From NCBI GenBank assembly GCA_022711395.1, contig JAKLFA010000002.1, positions 259,864 through 323,863 on the forward strand: DNA of 64,000 nucleotides, written 5' to 3'. Numbering within the stretch: the stretch's first letter is position 1; every line of letters begins with the position of its first letter. Both the position numbers and the translations under genes were made by a program. This document shows positions 40,745 to 49,037 of this stretch, one piece after another. The stretch is from Candidatus Omnitrophota bacterium. Its GTDB lineage: Bacteria; Omnitrophota; Gorgyraeia; Zapsychrales; JANLHA01. Below the pieces are notes generated by a model. The model was not told where the DNA came from, searched no databases, and was given only the letters and a program-made list of their open reading frames with translations.

Positions 40745-41340
40745 AGGGATCCCTCCTTCCCAAAGAGCTCGGGATCAGATTTGCGCAAATGGTTCGATAA
40801 AAATTCCCGCCCGCGAAAGATCAGAACTTTCACATTATCCAGGCTGCATCCCAGGACTTGCGCGATGTCTTTATAGCTCAGGTCCTGATATTCCCTTAAT
40901 ACCAGGGCTTCTCTCAAATTCACCGGCATGAGTTCCAGGGCTTTCTGAATCGCTTTGATTTTTTCTTTAGAGATCGCCTGATCCGAAACCGAAGGCCCTT
41001 CATCAGGGAGCTGCCACTGTTCTTCTTCGCCTTGGTCCTGATCCCGTTTGCGCCAAAGAGAGAGTGTGTGTCGTTGTTTTCTAAGGCTGGTCAAACAGGC
41101 ATTGCGGGTCACCGTGTAGGCCCAAGTGGAGAACTTGGCCCCTGCTTCGATCGTGTATTTTTGTGTCGCAATCGCCATAAAAACCTCACTGAGTGCGTCT
41201 TCGGCATCCGCACGGTTTCCAAGGATGCGCCGCGCGAAGTTAAACAGCGGCAATTTGTAGCGGTTAAAAAGTTCCGTAAAAGCGCCTTTTTCACCGCCGT
41301 AATACTCCCTGACAAGCTGTTCATCTGAGAACTGGTTCAT
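40741..41340 (-). CDS. ECF-type RNA polymerase sigma factor (sigma-70 family regions 2 and 4)
   Basis: FTELFNRYKLPLFNFARRILGNRADAEDALSEVFMAIA is region 2. The C-terminal region 4 HTH is LSYKDIAQVLGCSLDNVKVLIFRG. Confidence 0.9.
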   Translation of the reverse strand: MNQFSDEQLVREYYGGEKGAFTELFNRYKLPLFNFARRILGNRADAEDALSEVFMAIATQKYTIEAGAKFSTWAYTVTRNACLTSLRKQRHTLSLWRKRDQDQGEEEQWQLPDEGPSVSDQAISKEKIKAIQKALELMPVNLREALVLREYQDLSYKDIAQVLGCSLDNVKVLIFRGREFLSNHLRKSDPELFGKEGSL

Positions 41341-41436
41341 GCATGAGCCTTTTTAACTTCCCGGGTGGTACTTCTCAACCTCTCTTCCACCCATTTAAAC
41401 GCACGGCTGGCTGTTTTGTTACACGATTTTTAAAGA

Positions 41437-41577
41437 TCAATAAGCAAATTTTTTGACCGGTTCCGGCTCATCTTCAATGCCGCGAGAGCTCATATATGTG
41501 AAAAAAGCGGCCAGAAAGAGGATACATACCGTGGCGATCACGGCAACACGGATCAAAAATGGGGTCATATCTTTCAT
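41437..41577 (-). CDS. Candidate small single-TM membrane protein (46 aa), absent from the ORF track
   Basis: MKDMTPFLIRVAVIATVCILFLAAFFTYMSSRGIEDEPEPVKKFAY: a hydrophobic helix followed by an acidic tail. It is co-oriented between the xth and ECF sigma genes. Confidence 0.3.
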   Translation of the reverse strand: MKDMTPFLIRVAVIATVCILFLAAFFTYMSSRGIEDEPEPVKKFAY

Positions 41578-41592
41578 AAGATCTCCATTGTT

Positions 41593-41859
41593 TTATATTT
41601 TTGATGCTTTTTTATCAGTATCTGCCTTTCTGAACAGATCTTTGAGTTCGTCATCCATTTTTCGGGCATCCTCTTTAGTCGACATCAATTGAAGCATGGT
41701 CCGAAAATAACTGGCGCACAGAAAAGCGAACGTCAAAGACAGGGCCACGATCCAGAGATCGATTTTTTGAAAGCCGTTCTTAAAAACAAAAACGCTGACC
41801 AGGCATACCTGGATCAGGCAAAGACCATCGACCAGGCGCAAAAATGTGATTGTTTTCAT
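41593..41859 (-). CDS. Candidate small two-TM membrane protein (88 aa)
   Basis: Two hydrophobic helices and a charged C-terminal helix. 15 nt downstream of the xth stop on the same strand. Confidence 0.4.
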   Translation of the reverse strand: MKTITFLRLVDGLCLIQVCLVSVFVFKNGFQKIDLWIVALSLTFAFLCASYFRTMLQLMSTKEDARKMDDELKDLFRKADTDKKASKI

Positions 41860-41873
41860 AAAGTTCTCACACG

Positions 41874-42641
41874 TTACAGAGCGATCTCGATCCCGACCGG
41901 GCAGTGATCAGAACCCAGCATGTCCTTCAGAATAAAGGCCGTCTTTAATTTTGACTCAAGATCGTTTGAAATAAAAAAGTAATCGATCCTCCAGCCCACA
42001 TCCCGCTCGCGGGCTTTTGTTTTATAATCCCACCAGCTGTAATGGCCGGGCTCGTTGGGATGGCGAGAGCGAAACGTGTCGATATAGCCTTTGGAAATAA
42101 GTGTTGATATCCAGGCCCGCTCCTCTGGAAGGAAGCCGGTGTTTTTTTCATTCTCTTTCGGCCTGGCCAGATCAATCGGTTCATGCGCGGTATTGACGTC
42201 CCCGCAAATGATCAGGCGCTTGCCTTTCTTGCGTAGACGCTCAATATGTTTTAGAAAGGCATCATAAAATCCCATTTTATACGGCACCCGGACGTTGCCG
42301 CTGCTGCCGTTGGGAAAATAAACATTGAACAGTGTGTAGTCCTTAAATTCCAACTGCAGCATCCGGCCTTCACAATCGAATTCTTTGAAGCCCAGATCGC
42401 GGTTGACGCTCAGTGGTTCGGTTTGAGTAAAGACGGCGACTCCGCTGTAACCTTTCCGCTCAGCGGAGTTCCAGAACGAATGATATCCTTCCGGCTTGAG
42501 AAATTTTTCAGTCAACTGTTCTGGCTGGGCTTTGGTTTCCTGAACGCAGACGATCTCGGCAGGACCGGACTGAAGCCAGTTAAAAAAACCTTTACCTTCA
42601 GCGGCGCGTATTCCGTTGATGTTCCAGCTGAGCAATTTCAT
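41874..42641 (-). CDS. xth: Exodeoxyribonuclease III (AP endonuclease)
   Basis: MKLLSWNINGIRAA..., the EEP-fold catalytic residues and a C-terminal SDHCPV motif. Start set at the MKLLSWN ATG (codon 10 of the track ORF). Confidence 0.9.
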   Translation of the reverse strand: MKLLSWNINGIRAAEGKGFFNWLQSGPAEIVCVQETKAQPEQLTEKFLKPEGYHSFWNSAERKGYSGVAVFTQTEPLSVNRDLGFKEFDCEGRMLQLEFKDYTLFNVYFPNGSSGNVRVPYKMGFYDAFLKHIERLRKKGKRLIICGDVNTAHEPIDLARPKENEKNTGFLPEERAWISTLISKGYIDTFRSRHPNEPGHYSWWDYKTKARERDVGWRIDYFFISNDLESKLKTAFILKDMLGSDHCPVGIEIAL

Positions 42642-42736
42642 AGGAATAAAAACTTTCGTTTTGATCACACGGGTTTTGACAGAGAAATTCTAACGGAGAG
42701 TTGCGACTCTTGCAAGAAGAAAACGTTCAAGCCGCG

Positions 42737-44239
42737 TTAAGATTTTATCCATCCCACGATCGTATACCAATAAGTATTCCCGCCGATCATGCCCGGCGGC
42801 AAATGGTTGATGACTTCAGGGACCTGATAGATCGCAGGAACGTTGGTCCCCATGTTGAAATAATTCGAAACAAAGGTCCCCAGGATATCCGTCTGTTTTG
42901 AACAGGTGATCTGGTTTTCGGCATAAAATAGCCCCATGGCGTCCATTTGCGCTGTTGTGCCGAGCGTAATGTTGTTAGGCGTCATGAAACCGATGTTGTT
43001 ATTTGGAAAAGAATTATTGCCTGCTGTCAAAAGGTTGACATCTACTTGAACATTTCCGGTCGATAAAATAGAACCCTTTCCGGTGTAATTGATCGTCTTT
43101 CCCTTATCAACCAGGTTCACGGAGTTGCCGCCATCCACATACACAATGCCTGAGATCGTAAGATTGCCTGCCCCATCCATACTGATGCTGCCGTTGGCGT
43201 TGGAATAACTAAAAACGGATGTTGAGGTCACATTATTAAGTTGATTGGTCAGGACCAGCGCGTTATTCTTCAGATATTCCTGATAGGATGAGTATCCCAT
43301 ATATGGGTCCGAAAGACTGGGGAAGCGAACCGCTTCACCCAGATCATAGGCATTGGTCGTTCCATTATCCGAGTGGACGCTGGCAGCCCCCTGATTGCCG
43401 CCAAATCCATCATTAGTGAAAACCCCATCAGCTGTTTCTTTATACGCGTTTCCTGCGATATTAATTTCTCCGACTGTGGAACTTCCGCTTAAGCCGATAA
43501 TGCCGCGCTTGACGTGCAGTTTGGCATTGAGGGTCTCAACCGTTTCTCCACCTATTACGGTCGTTGGCAAGGCGGGAACTTTTGCCCGCAGGGCTGCTGC
43601 CAGGGTGCGGTAATTATTACCGACAAATTCCGCGGTCCCTCCGAGGTCAATGGCCAAGTCCCCGGGATTTAACCCTGACCCGAGGATCAGGACCGAACCG
43701 CGGATATCAACGTTGCCGTTGACCATGGCGCCCGCGGCGCCTCTCCCCGCGAAGATCGCATAGTTCCAGGGAGAAACACTGTACATTTTTGTATAGACTG
43801 TGATCGTTTGTGAAACCCCGCCGATCGTACCCGTTGAGCGGACCCAGATGTCACCAGATGACCCGGAAACATTCTTCAGCGCGACATTATAGGTCCCGCC
43901 GTTTAAGGATGTGTCCGTGTAGGGAATCGCGTAAAAATTGACCGTGTCAGGTCCAATAACATAACCATGGATATTTCCGTCGACCCAGCTGTTGATCGTC
44001 CCTCCAGAAATAAAATCCTGTCTCAGGTCGGAAAGGCCCCGCTCGATGCCGGCCTCCGCCAGATGGAACGCGACAGCGGTCAAACGTTGCCGTTCAGCGG
44101 TTTTGGATTCGCTGGCTGAAAGAACGGCAAAAGAAGCTCCGATCCCCAAAAGAACAAGGATCATGAAATAGGCGATCAGCAAGGCGCTTCCTCGCCGACT
44201 GGAAACTAAACGGAAATGGAAATCGTTATGGTTTTTCAT
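42737..44239 (-). CDS. PilX-like pilus/pseudopilus-associated protein with a Gly/Asn/Thr-rich C-terminal region (500 aa)
   Basis: The N-terminus RRGSALLIAYFMILVLLGIGASFAVLS resembles the PilX N-terminal hydrophobic segment. The remainder is G/N/T/S-rich beta-type sequence. It follows two pseudopilin genes in the same operon. Confidence 0.5.
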   Translation of the reverse strand: MKNHNDFHFRLVSSRRGSALLIAYFMILVLLGIGASFAVLSASESKTAERQRLTAVAFHLAEAGIERGLSDLRQDFISGGTINSWVDGNIHGYVIGPDTVNFYAIPYTDTSLNGGTYNVALKNVSGSSGDIWVRSTGTIGGVSQTITVYTKMYSVSPWNYAIFAGRGAAGAMVNGNVDIRGSVLILGSGLNPGDLAIDLGGTAEFVGNNYRTLAAALRAKVPALPTTVIGGETVETLNAKLHVKRGIIGLSGSSTVGEINIAGNAYKETADGVFTNDGFGGNQGAASVHSDNGTTNAYDLGEAVRFPSLSDPYMGYSSYQEYLKNNALVLTNQLNNVTSTSVFSYSNANGSISMDGAGNLTISGIVYVDGGNSVNLVDKGKTINYTGKGSILSTGNVQVDVNLLTAGNNSFPNNNIGFMTPNNITLGTTAQMDAMGLFYAENQITCSKQTDILGTFVSNYFNMGTNVPAIYQVPEVINHLPPGMIGGNTYWYTIVGWIKS

Positions 44240-44241
44240 GG

Positions 44242-44787
44242 CTAATTCCTCAGTTCGATCTCAAAGCTTAACTGGTAGTTCGCCGACCGGCCGCGTTCCG
44301 TGGTATCAGCACCCTGGATCGTGATCTCCAGAATATCCGGAGAGGTCGGCTGCCGTCTGAAGGTCAGGCCCGAGATCTTGTTGGCCAGCACTTTTGAATT
44401 GCCACCCTGTGTTCGAATAATTTGGCTTGAACCCGTTCCTCCGCGGGCATATTGGATCGCATCGTTCTCCCAGACCAGCACCCCGGAGGTGATCGACGCC
44501 CCCTTTTTAAAAGAGATCGATGAGTAAAGCGTTCCATCAGCCGGCACATTAAAGATCGCGCCCGAACCTGCCTGCCGGAGGTCGCTGACCATCCAGTCAG
44601 AGGCCTTACGCAGTTCCTGATGAAGCTGGATCACCACACGGTTGGTGTCCCAGTGCCCCTGTGATGTCAACGCCAGGGTGTAGGCCCCCCCTGTAATCAA
44701 GACAAAGATCGCCAATGCGACCATGATTTCAGCGAACGTAAATCCCTGTTGTGTCCTCATCAAGATTTTTTTCTGATTTCGCAACAT
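44242..44787 (-). CDS. Prepilin-type N-terminal cleavage/methylation domain protein (minor pseudopilin)
   Basis: MRTQQGFTFAEIMVALAIFVLITGGAY class III signal. Confidence 0.75.
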   Translation of the reverse strand: MLRNQKKILMRTQQGFTFAEIMVALAIFVLITGGAYTLALTSQGHWDTNRVVIQLHQELRKASDWMVSDLRQAGSGAIFNVPADGTLYSSISFKKGASITSGVLVWENDAIQYARGGTGSSQIIRTQGGNSKVLANKISGLTFRRQPTSPDILEITIQGADTTERGRSANYQLSFEIELRN

Positions 44788-44814
44788 TGCAGAGCCTTTT
44801 TTATCGCAGATTTA

Positions 44815-45273
44815 TTACCTTCGAGTGAATTTTGTTATCAGCGTTATCGGCGAATCCAATTTTGAATTAGAATTGTTATCCTCTCCCGAGTCTAGCGTCC
44901 CATCAAGGTCAGCATCCTCGCCGATGATCCGTCCATATTTGTCCTGCCAGAAGACCAGGACTTCAATGCCCAAAAGCTCAGGGTCTGAGCTGTCGATACG
45001 GACAAGCCCAATGCCATCCAGGCCGGTTGTTGTGAACGTGTTCCCTGGCGTTCCTCCGGAGGCGTAATCAACCGGTATTGAGCTGTAGGCGTGCGTCCGG
45101 ATCTCTTCGATCTTGCTTTGGGCCAGGCTCACCGCGATGGATTTGTTTCCGGCCAACTCCGCTTCCAACGCGGTGTAAATGAAAAGCTGCCCCATGCCAA
45201 TGATCAAAAAGGCCATGATCACAACAACGATCAAAATTTCCGCTAATGTAAACCCGTTTTGTTTAGCTCGCAT
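44815..45273 (-). CDS. Prepilin-type N-terminal cleavage/methylation domain protein (minor pseudopilin)
   Basis: MRAKQNG|FTLAEILIVVVIMAFLIIG. The track ORF starts at a TTG at 45288. The ATG at 45273 has an AAGGGA Shine-Dalgarno. Confidence 0.75.
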   Translation of the reverse strand: MRAKQNGFTLAEILIVVVIMAFLIIGMGQLFIYTALEAELAGNKSIAVSLAQSKIEEIRTHAYSSIPVDYASGGTPGNTFTTTGLDGIGLVRIDSSDPELLGIEVLVFWQDKYGRIIGEDADLDGTLDSGEDNNSNSKLDSPITLITKFTRR

Positions 45274-45293
45274 CACGGTCCCTTTCAAAAAAC

Positions 45294-45320
45294 AGGCCTA
45301 TCCTTTTGAAAGATAGGCCT
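45294..45320 (-). promoter_or_regulatory. Leader hairpin with U-tract immediately 5' of the pseudopilin Shine-Dalgarno; part of a GATAGGCC repeat/palindrome array
   Basis: Minus-strand RNA: AGGCCUAUC uuucaaaag GAUAGGCCU GUUUUUUGAAAGGGACCGUG AUG. The 5' arm is part of the perfect 12 nt palindrome GATAGGCCTATC. A further GGATAGCC copy lies about 40 nt upstream. Confidence 0.4.
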
Positions 45321-45477
45321 ATCGGTCTGTCTTGTATCCGGTAGCCAGGCTATCCTTGCAAAAGGATCCTATAGCTTTGCGCCCCCACCTTACGATGGGT
45401 TTGCCTTTGTCACTACAGTCCATTCCAATATAAGTATAAAAGATATGCATGTTAAATCGCAATTTTTATTTCAAAGG

Positions 45478-46185
45478 CTACAAACGGTTCCGTTCAAGCA
45501 AATTTCCATAGGCATCAAAGGTCAGGACCTCGGTCAGCCGGCCATCAATATTGTAAGACTTCTTATAGCGGTTGGTGCTACGGTTGGTAAGGTTCCACTC
45601 ATACTTCAGGACCCCATCCCGAGCGTAAACCTTGCCCACTCCGACTTCCGCATCACCGGGCTTAAAGATCGCATCGGTATAATCGACTTCCATGCGCAGG
45701 CGTCCGTCATAAAAGTATTCTTTCAGTGTGCGCAGGATGTCCCGGTAATAGGCGATCTCTTTGGAGACTTTCCCGTTGTCAAAATATTCGAGGTATTTGC
45801 CGTGGCGTTTATTTCCTTGATAAGAGACCGTCCCTTTGACATGGGTGTTAATGTCCTCAAATGGCACGGTGGCATCCGGCAGAGCTCCGGTCAGGTCAAA
45901 CATTTTTTTATCATGGACGCTGATCTTATACCGAGCAATCTCAGTCTGGTCGGCATAGACCACGCACTCCCGGTATTCACGGTTCATGTCCAGCCATTCG
46001 CGCTGTGATAACATTTCCGTGGGAACCGATGGCCGGCGGTTGACCGGTTTCGGGATGGATGTTTCTTCAGCCAGAGTCGGCAGCGGTTCTTTCTTAGTTT
46101 TGATTTGGGACATAATAAAAAGGTTCAGAACGACCAGGACGATCAGGAAGCCAAGGACTAAAATCACGAGAATGTTTTTTTTCAT
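45478..46185 (-). CDS. Secreted or membrane-anchored MORN-variant repeat protein (YwqK-like)
   Basis: N-terminal TM/signal, then repeats of the G-x-YxEYFDNGKV...YYRDG type (MORN_2 pattern). Confidence 0.5.
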   Translation of the reverse strand: MKKNILVILVLGFLIVLVVLNLFIMSQIKTKKEPLPTLAEETSIPKPVNRRPSVPTEMLSQREWLDMNREYRECVVYADQTEIARYKISVHDKKMFDLTGALPDATVPFEDINTHVKGTVSYQGNKRHGKYLEYFDNGKVSKEIAYYRDILRTLKEYFYDGRLRMEVDYTDAIFKPGDAEVGVGKVYARDGVLKYEWNLTNRSTNRYKKSYNIDGRLTEVLTFDAYGNLLERNRL

Positions 46186-46296
46186 CAGCGGGATCCTTCA
46201 GGGCGTCTCTTACACGCGCTTAGTGTTTATTATACTAGGATATTACTTTGATTCGAGTATTAAAAGAATATTCTTTTGACAAATGAAGGGAAAATG

Positions 46297-46872
46297 TTAT
46301 TTTACGATCCCGGCAAACCCCATAAAGGCCAGGGATAAAAGCCCGGCGGTGATCAGGGCGATCGGAGCGCCGCGCAGTGCTTCGGGGATGTCCGAAAACT
46401 CAAGCTGCTCACGGATGCCGGCGAAAATAATAAGCGCCAGGGTAAAGCCAAGAGCGTTGGCGATCGCAAAGACAATGCTTTCCATCAAATTGAACTTATT
46501 TTGAATGACCAGGATCGCGACCCCCAGGATGGTGCAATTGGTGGTGATCAAAGGTAAATAAACACCCAAAGCCTGATACAGAGGCGGGCTGACCTTTTTC
46601 ATGATGATCTCGACCATCTGGACAAGCGCTGCAATGACAAGGATATAGGTGACCGTCTGCATAAACCCTATGCCCAGCGGAGCCAGAACATAGACATTCA
46701 CCAAATATGTGACCAGGGTCGCGAGGGTCATAACAAAGATCACCCCGCCTCCCATTCCGCAAGCTGTTGAAAAACGGGTCGAAACCCCCAAAAAGGGACA
46801 GATACCCAAAAACCTGGTCAAGACAATATTGTTGACAAAGACCGCGGATATGATGATCAGGATATATTCCAT
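46297..46872 (-). CDS. rnfA: Rnf complex subunit A
   Basis: [31 protein letters not shown] is the RnfA/NqrE signature start. Confidence 0.85.
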   Translation of the reverse strand: MEYILIIISAVFVNNIVLTRFLGICPFLGVSTRFSTACGMGGGVIFVMTLATLVTYLVNVYVLAPLGIGFMQTVTYILVIAALVQMVEIIMKKVSPPLYQALGVYLPLITTNCTILGVAILVIQNKFNLMESIVFAIANALGFTLALIIFAGIREQLEFSDIPEALRGAPIALITAGLLSLAFMGFAGIVK

Positions 46873-46874
46873 GA

Positions 46875-47465
46875 TTATTTCTCCTGCCTTTTAATGATCA
46901 TGTTTACGACAGCGATTAAATAGCCAATGACCAAAAAACCTCCCGGCGCCAAGATAAAGACCAGGGCTCCGTCCCCCGGAAAAAGTTTAAATCCTAAAAG
47001 CGACCCATTTCCCAAGCCCTCACGGATCATGCCTACGACCGCCAGGGTCAGGGTAAACCCCAGTCCCATTCCCAGTCCGTCAATGATCGATGAGAAGACC
47101 GTATTTTTTGACGCAAAAGCTTCCGCGCGGCCTAAAATAATACAATTTACGACGATCAAAGGAAGAAAGATCCCCAACTGTGCGTGCAAAGCCGGAGCAA
47201 AGCCGGCCATGAGCAGCTCTACCATGGTCACGAATGCGGCAATGACCACAATATAGGAAGGGATCCGGACCTGGTCAGGTATGAAATCCTTAACGATCGA
47301 AATGACAATATTGGACATGACCAGGACGAATGTCGCGGCCAGCCCCATCCCCAGGCCGTTGACCACGGAGGTGCTGACACCGATCGTCGGACAAAACCCC
47401 AATAACAAAACAAGGACGGGGTTTTGACGGATAAATCCTTTTGTGAAATTTTGCCACTGGTTCAC
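46875..47465 (-). CDS. rnfE: Rnf complex subunit E
   Basis: [27 protein letters not shown] is the RnfE/NqrD-type motif. Confidence 0.85.
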   Translation of the reverse strand: MNQWQNFTKGFIRQNPVLVLLLGFCPTIGVSTSVVNGLGMGLAATFVLVMSNIVISIVKDFIPDQVRIPSYIVVIAAFVTMVELLMAGFAPALHAQLGIFLPLIVVNCIILGRAEAFASKNTVFSSIIDGLGMGLGFTLTLAVVGMIREGLGNGSLLGFKLFPGDGALVFILAPGGFLVIGYLIAVVNMIIKRQEK

Positions 47466-48040
47466 GGTTTTTCTTCCTTTATATAGGTTTGATAGGCCCG
47501 GTTGAGCGCGTCACAAAAGGCCCTTGAGGAGATCGTCGCGGCCGTGATCGCGTCCACATCCCCGCCGTCCTTTTTGACCATGACTTTAAATTGCGCCGGG
47601 TCTTTTCCTTTGAACTGGGCCGTAAAACCGGATTTCTTCGCTTCCATCTTATCGCCGAGGCCGGGTGTTTCCTTGTGTTCCACTACGACAATATCCTGAA
47701 TGCTCCCGTTCGGTAATAGTCCCACCATCAATTTTACGCGCCCGCCAAACCCTTTATCCGTAAACGTCTCTACCGCCGTCCCGACAAGCGTTCCATCTTT
47801 CCGGACCGGATAAAAGATCAGCTCTCCCCCCTCGGATTTTATAACACGCCGTTCTTCCATCGGGTTATTATTAAAAGCCGGCACGACTTGTTCGATGGCC
47901 TTGGCTTTTTTGGCACGGGTTGCTTCTTCGATGGGATCTTTGGTCAGTTCATACACCCATCCCAGTCCGGCGGAGGAAAGAAAGGACACCACGAACAACG
48001 TTAGGACCATGTTAAAAAATGTTGACGGTGTTTTTGACAT
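47462..48040 (-). CDS. rnfG: Rnf complex subunit G (FMN-binding)
   Basis: N-terminal TM anchor. DAITAATISSRA is the FMN attachment motif of RnfG/NqrC. Confidence 0.85.
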   Translation of the reverse strand: MSKTPSTFFNMVLTLFVVSFLSSAGLGWVYELTKDPIEEATRAKKAKAIEQVVPAFNNNPMEERRVIKSEGGELIFYPVRKDGTLVGTAVETFTDKGFGGRVKLMVGLLPNGSIQDIVVVEHKETPGLGDKMEAKKSGFTAQFKGKDPAQFKVMVKKDGGDVDAITAATISSRAFCDALNRAYQTYIKEEKP

Positions 48041-48044
48041 CGTT

Positions 48045-49037
48045 CTATTCTCCGAACCGGTGCGGTTTACAATAGCGGTTGATCAGCGGAACAAAGGCGT
48101 TCATGACCAGGATCGCAAAAGACACCCCTTCAGGATATGCCCCAAAAACACGAATGATAACGGTCAGGGCGCCGATGAGACACCCGTAGATCAACATGCC
48201 TTTATGGGTCATAGGTGAGGAGACATAATCCGTGGCCATATAGATCGCCCCGAGCATCACTCCCCCGCTTAGGATGTGGAACAGCGGATGAACATATTTC
48301 AATGGATCGATAAGCCATAAGATCCCGCTGAAAACAAAAACAGTCCCGATCATGGAAACCGGGATATGCCAGGAGATGATCTTTTTCCAAAGTAAAAATA
48401 GCCCGCCTAACAAAAGTGCCGCGGCGGAAATTTCCCCCAACGAGCCGCCGATCTGCCCCAGGAACAATTGCCCGTAATCCGGAAGTTTCGCCGAGATCTG
48501 CTCGATGGTCTGGCCGTTCAAAAGGCCTTCCTTAAGCGTCATGAGCGGTGTGGCGGCGGTCTTGCCGTCCACGTGGGACAAGCAGCGGTAAGCAAACGCT
48601 TTGGGCCAGGTCGTCATGGCGACCGGAAAGGAGATCAGTAAAAAAACCCGGCCCACAAGCGCCGGATTAAAGATATTATTTCCCAATCCTCCAAATGACA
48701 TTTTCGCGACGGCGATCGCCACAAAACTTCCGATCAAGACCATCCACCAGGGCAAATTGGCCGGAAGATTGAACGCCAGAAGCATTCCGGTCAAAGCGGC
48801 GGAACCGTCCAAGGCCCGGACAGGGACCTTCATCAGATATTTCTGGATCACAAATTCCAACGCGATACAGGAGGAAACAGCTAAAAATGTCAGGTAGAGC
48901 GCTCCCAATCCAAAGACATAAACGGAAACGGCCAATGCCGGAACAAGCGCGATGATCACGGCATACATACTCTTTTCAATCGAGAGCCCGCTAAAGACAT
49001 GCGGCGATAACGAAACGATCAACGGTTTCTGGTTCAT
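48045..49037 (-). CDS. rnfD: Rnf complex subunit D
   Basis: Polytopic NqrB/RnfD family. Start set at the MNQKPLIV ATG, which forms an ATGA overlap with the rnfC stop. The track ORF extends to 49142. Confidence 0.85.
   Translation of the reverse strand: MNQKPLIVSLSPHVFSGLSIEKSMYAVIIALVPALAVSVYVFGLGALYLTFLAVSSCIALEFVIQKYLMKVPVRALDGSAALTGMLLAFNLPANLPWWMVLIGSFVAIAVAKMSFGGLGNNIFNPALVGRVFLLISFPVAMTTWPKAFAYRCLSHVDGKTAATPLMTLKEGLLNGQTIEQISAKLPDYGQLFLGQIGGSLGEISAAALLLGGLFLLWKKIISWHIPVSMIGTVFVFSGILWLIDPLKYVHPLFHILSGGVMLGAIYMATDYVSSPMTHKGMLIYGCLIGALTVIIRVFGAYPEGVSFAILVMNAFVPLINRYCKPHRFGE

Noticed and set aside
41341-41436. ECF-type promoter (GGAAC-N16-CGTCT-like) upstream of the sigma factor gene
   Set aside because: Only weak GGAAG-like matches, positioned too close to the RBS to be functional.
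41453-41692. 79 aa plus-strand ORF in the xth to ECF sigma spacer
   Set aside because: Ser/Arg-rich antisense-like composition. The opposite strand carries two small ORFs with clean TM helices, co-oriented with the flanking operon.
45445-46008. 187 aa plus-strand ORF
   Set aside because: Antisense to the MORN-repeat gene (45478..46185), which has a signal or TM start and recognisable repeats.
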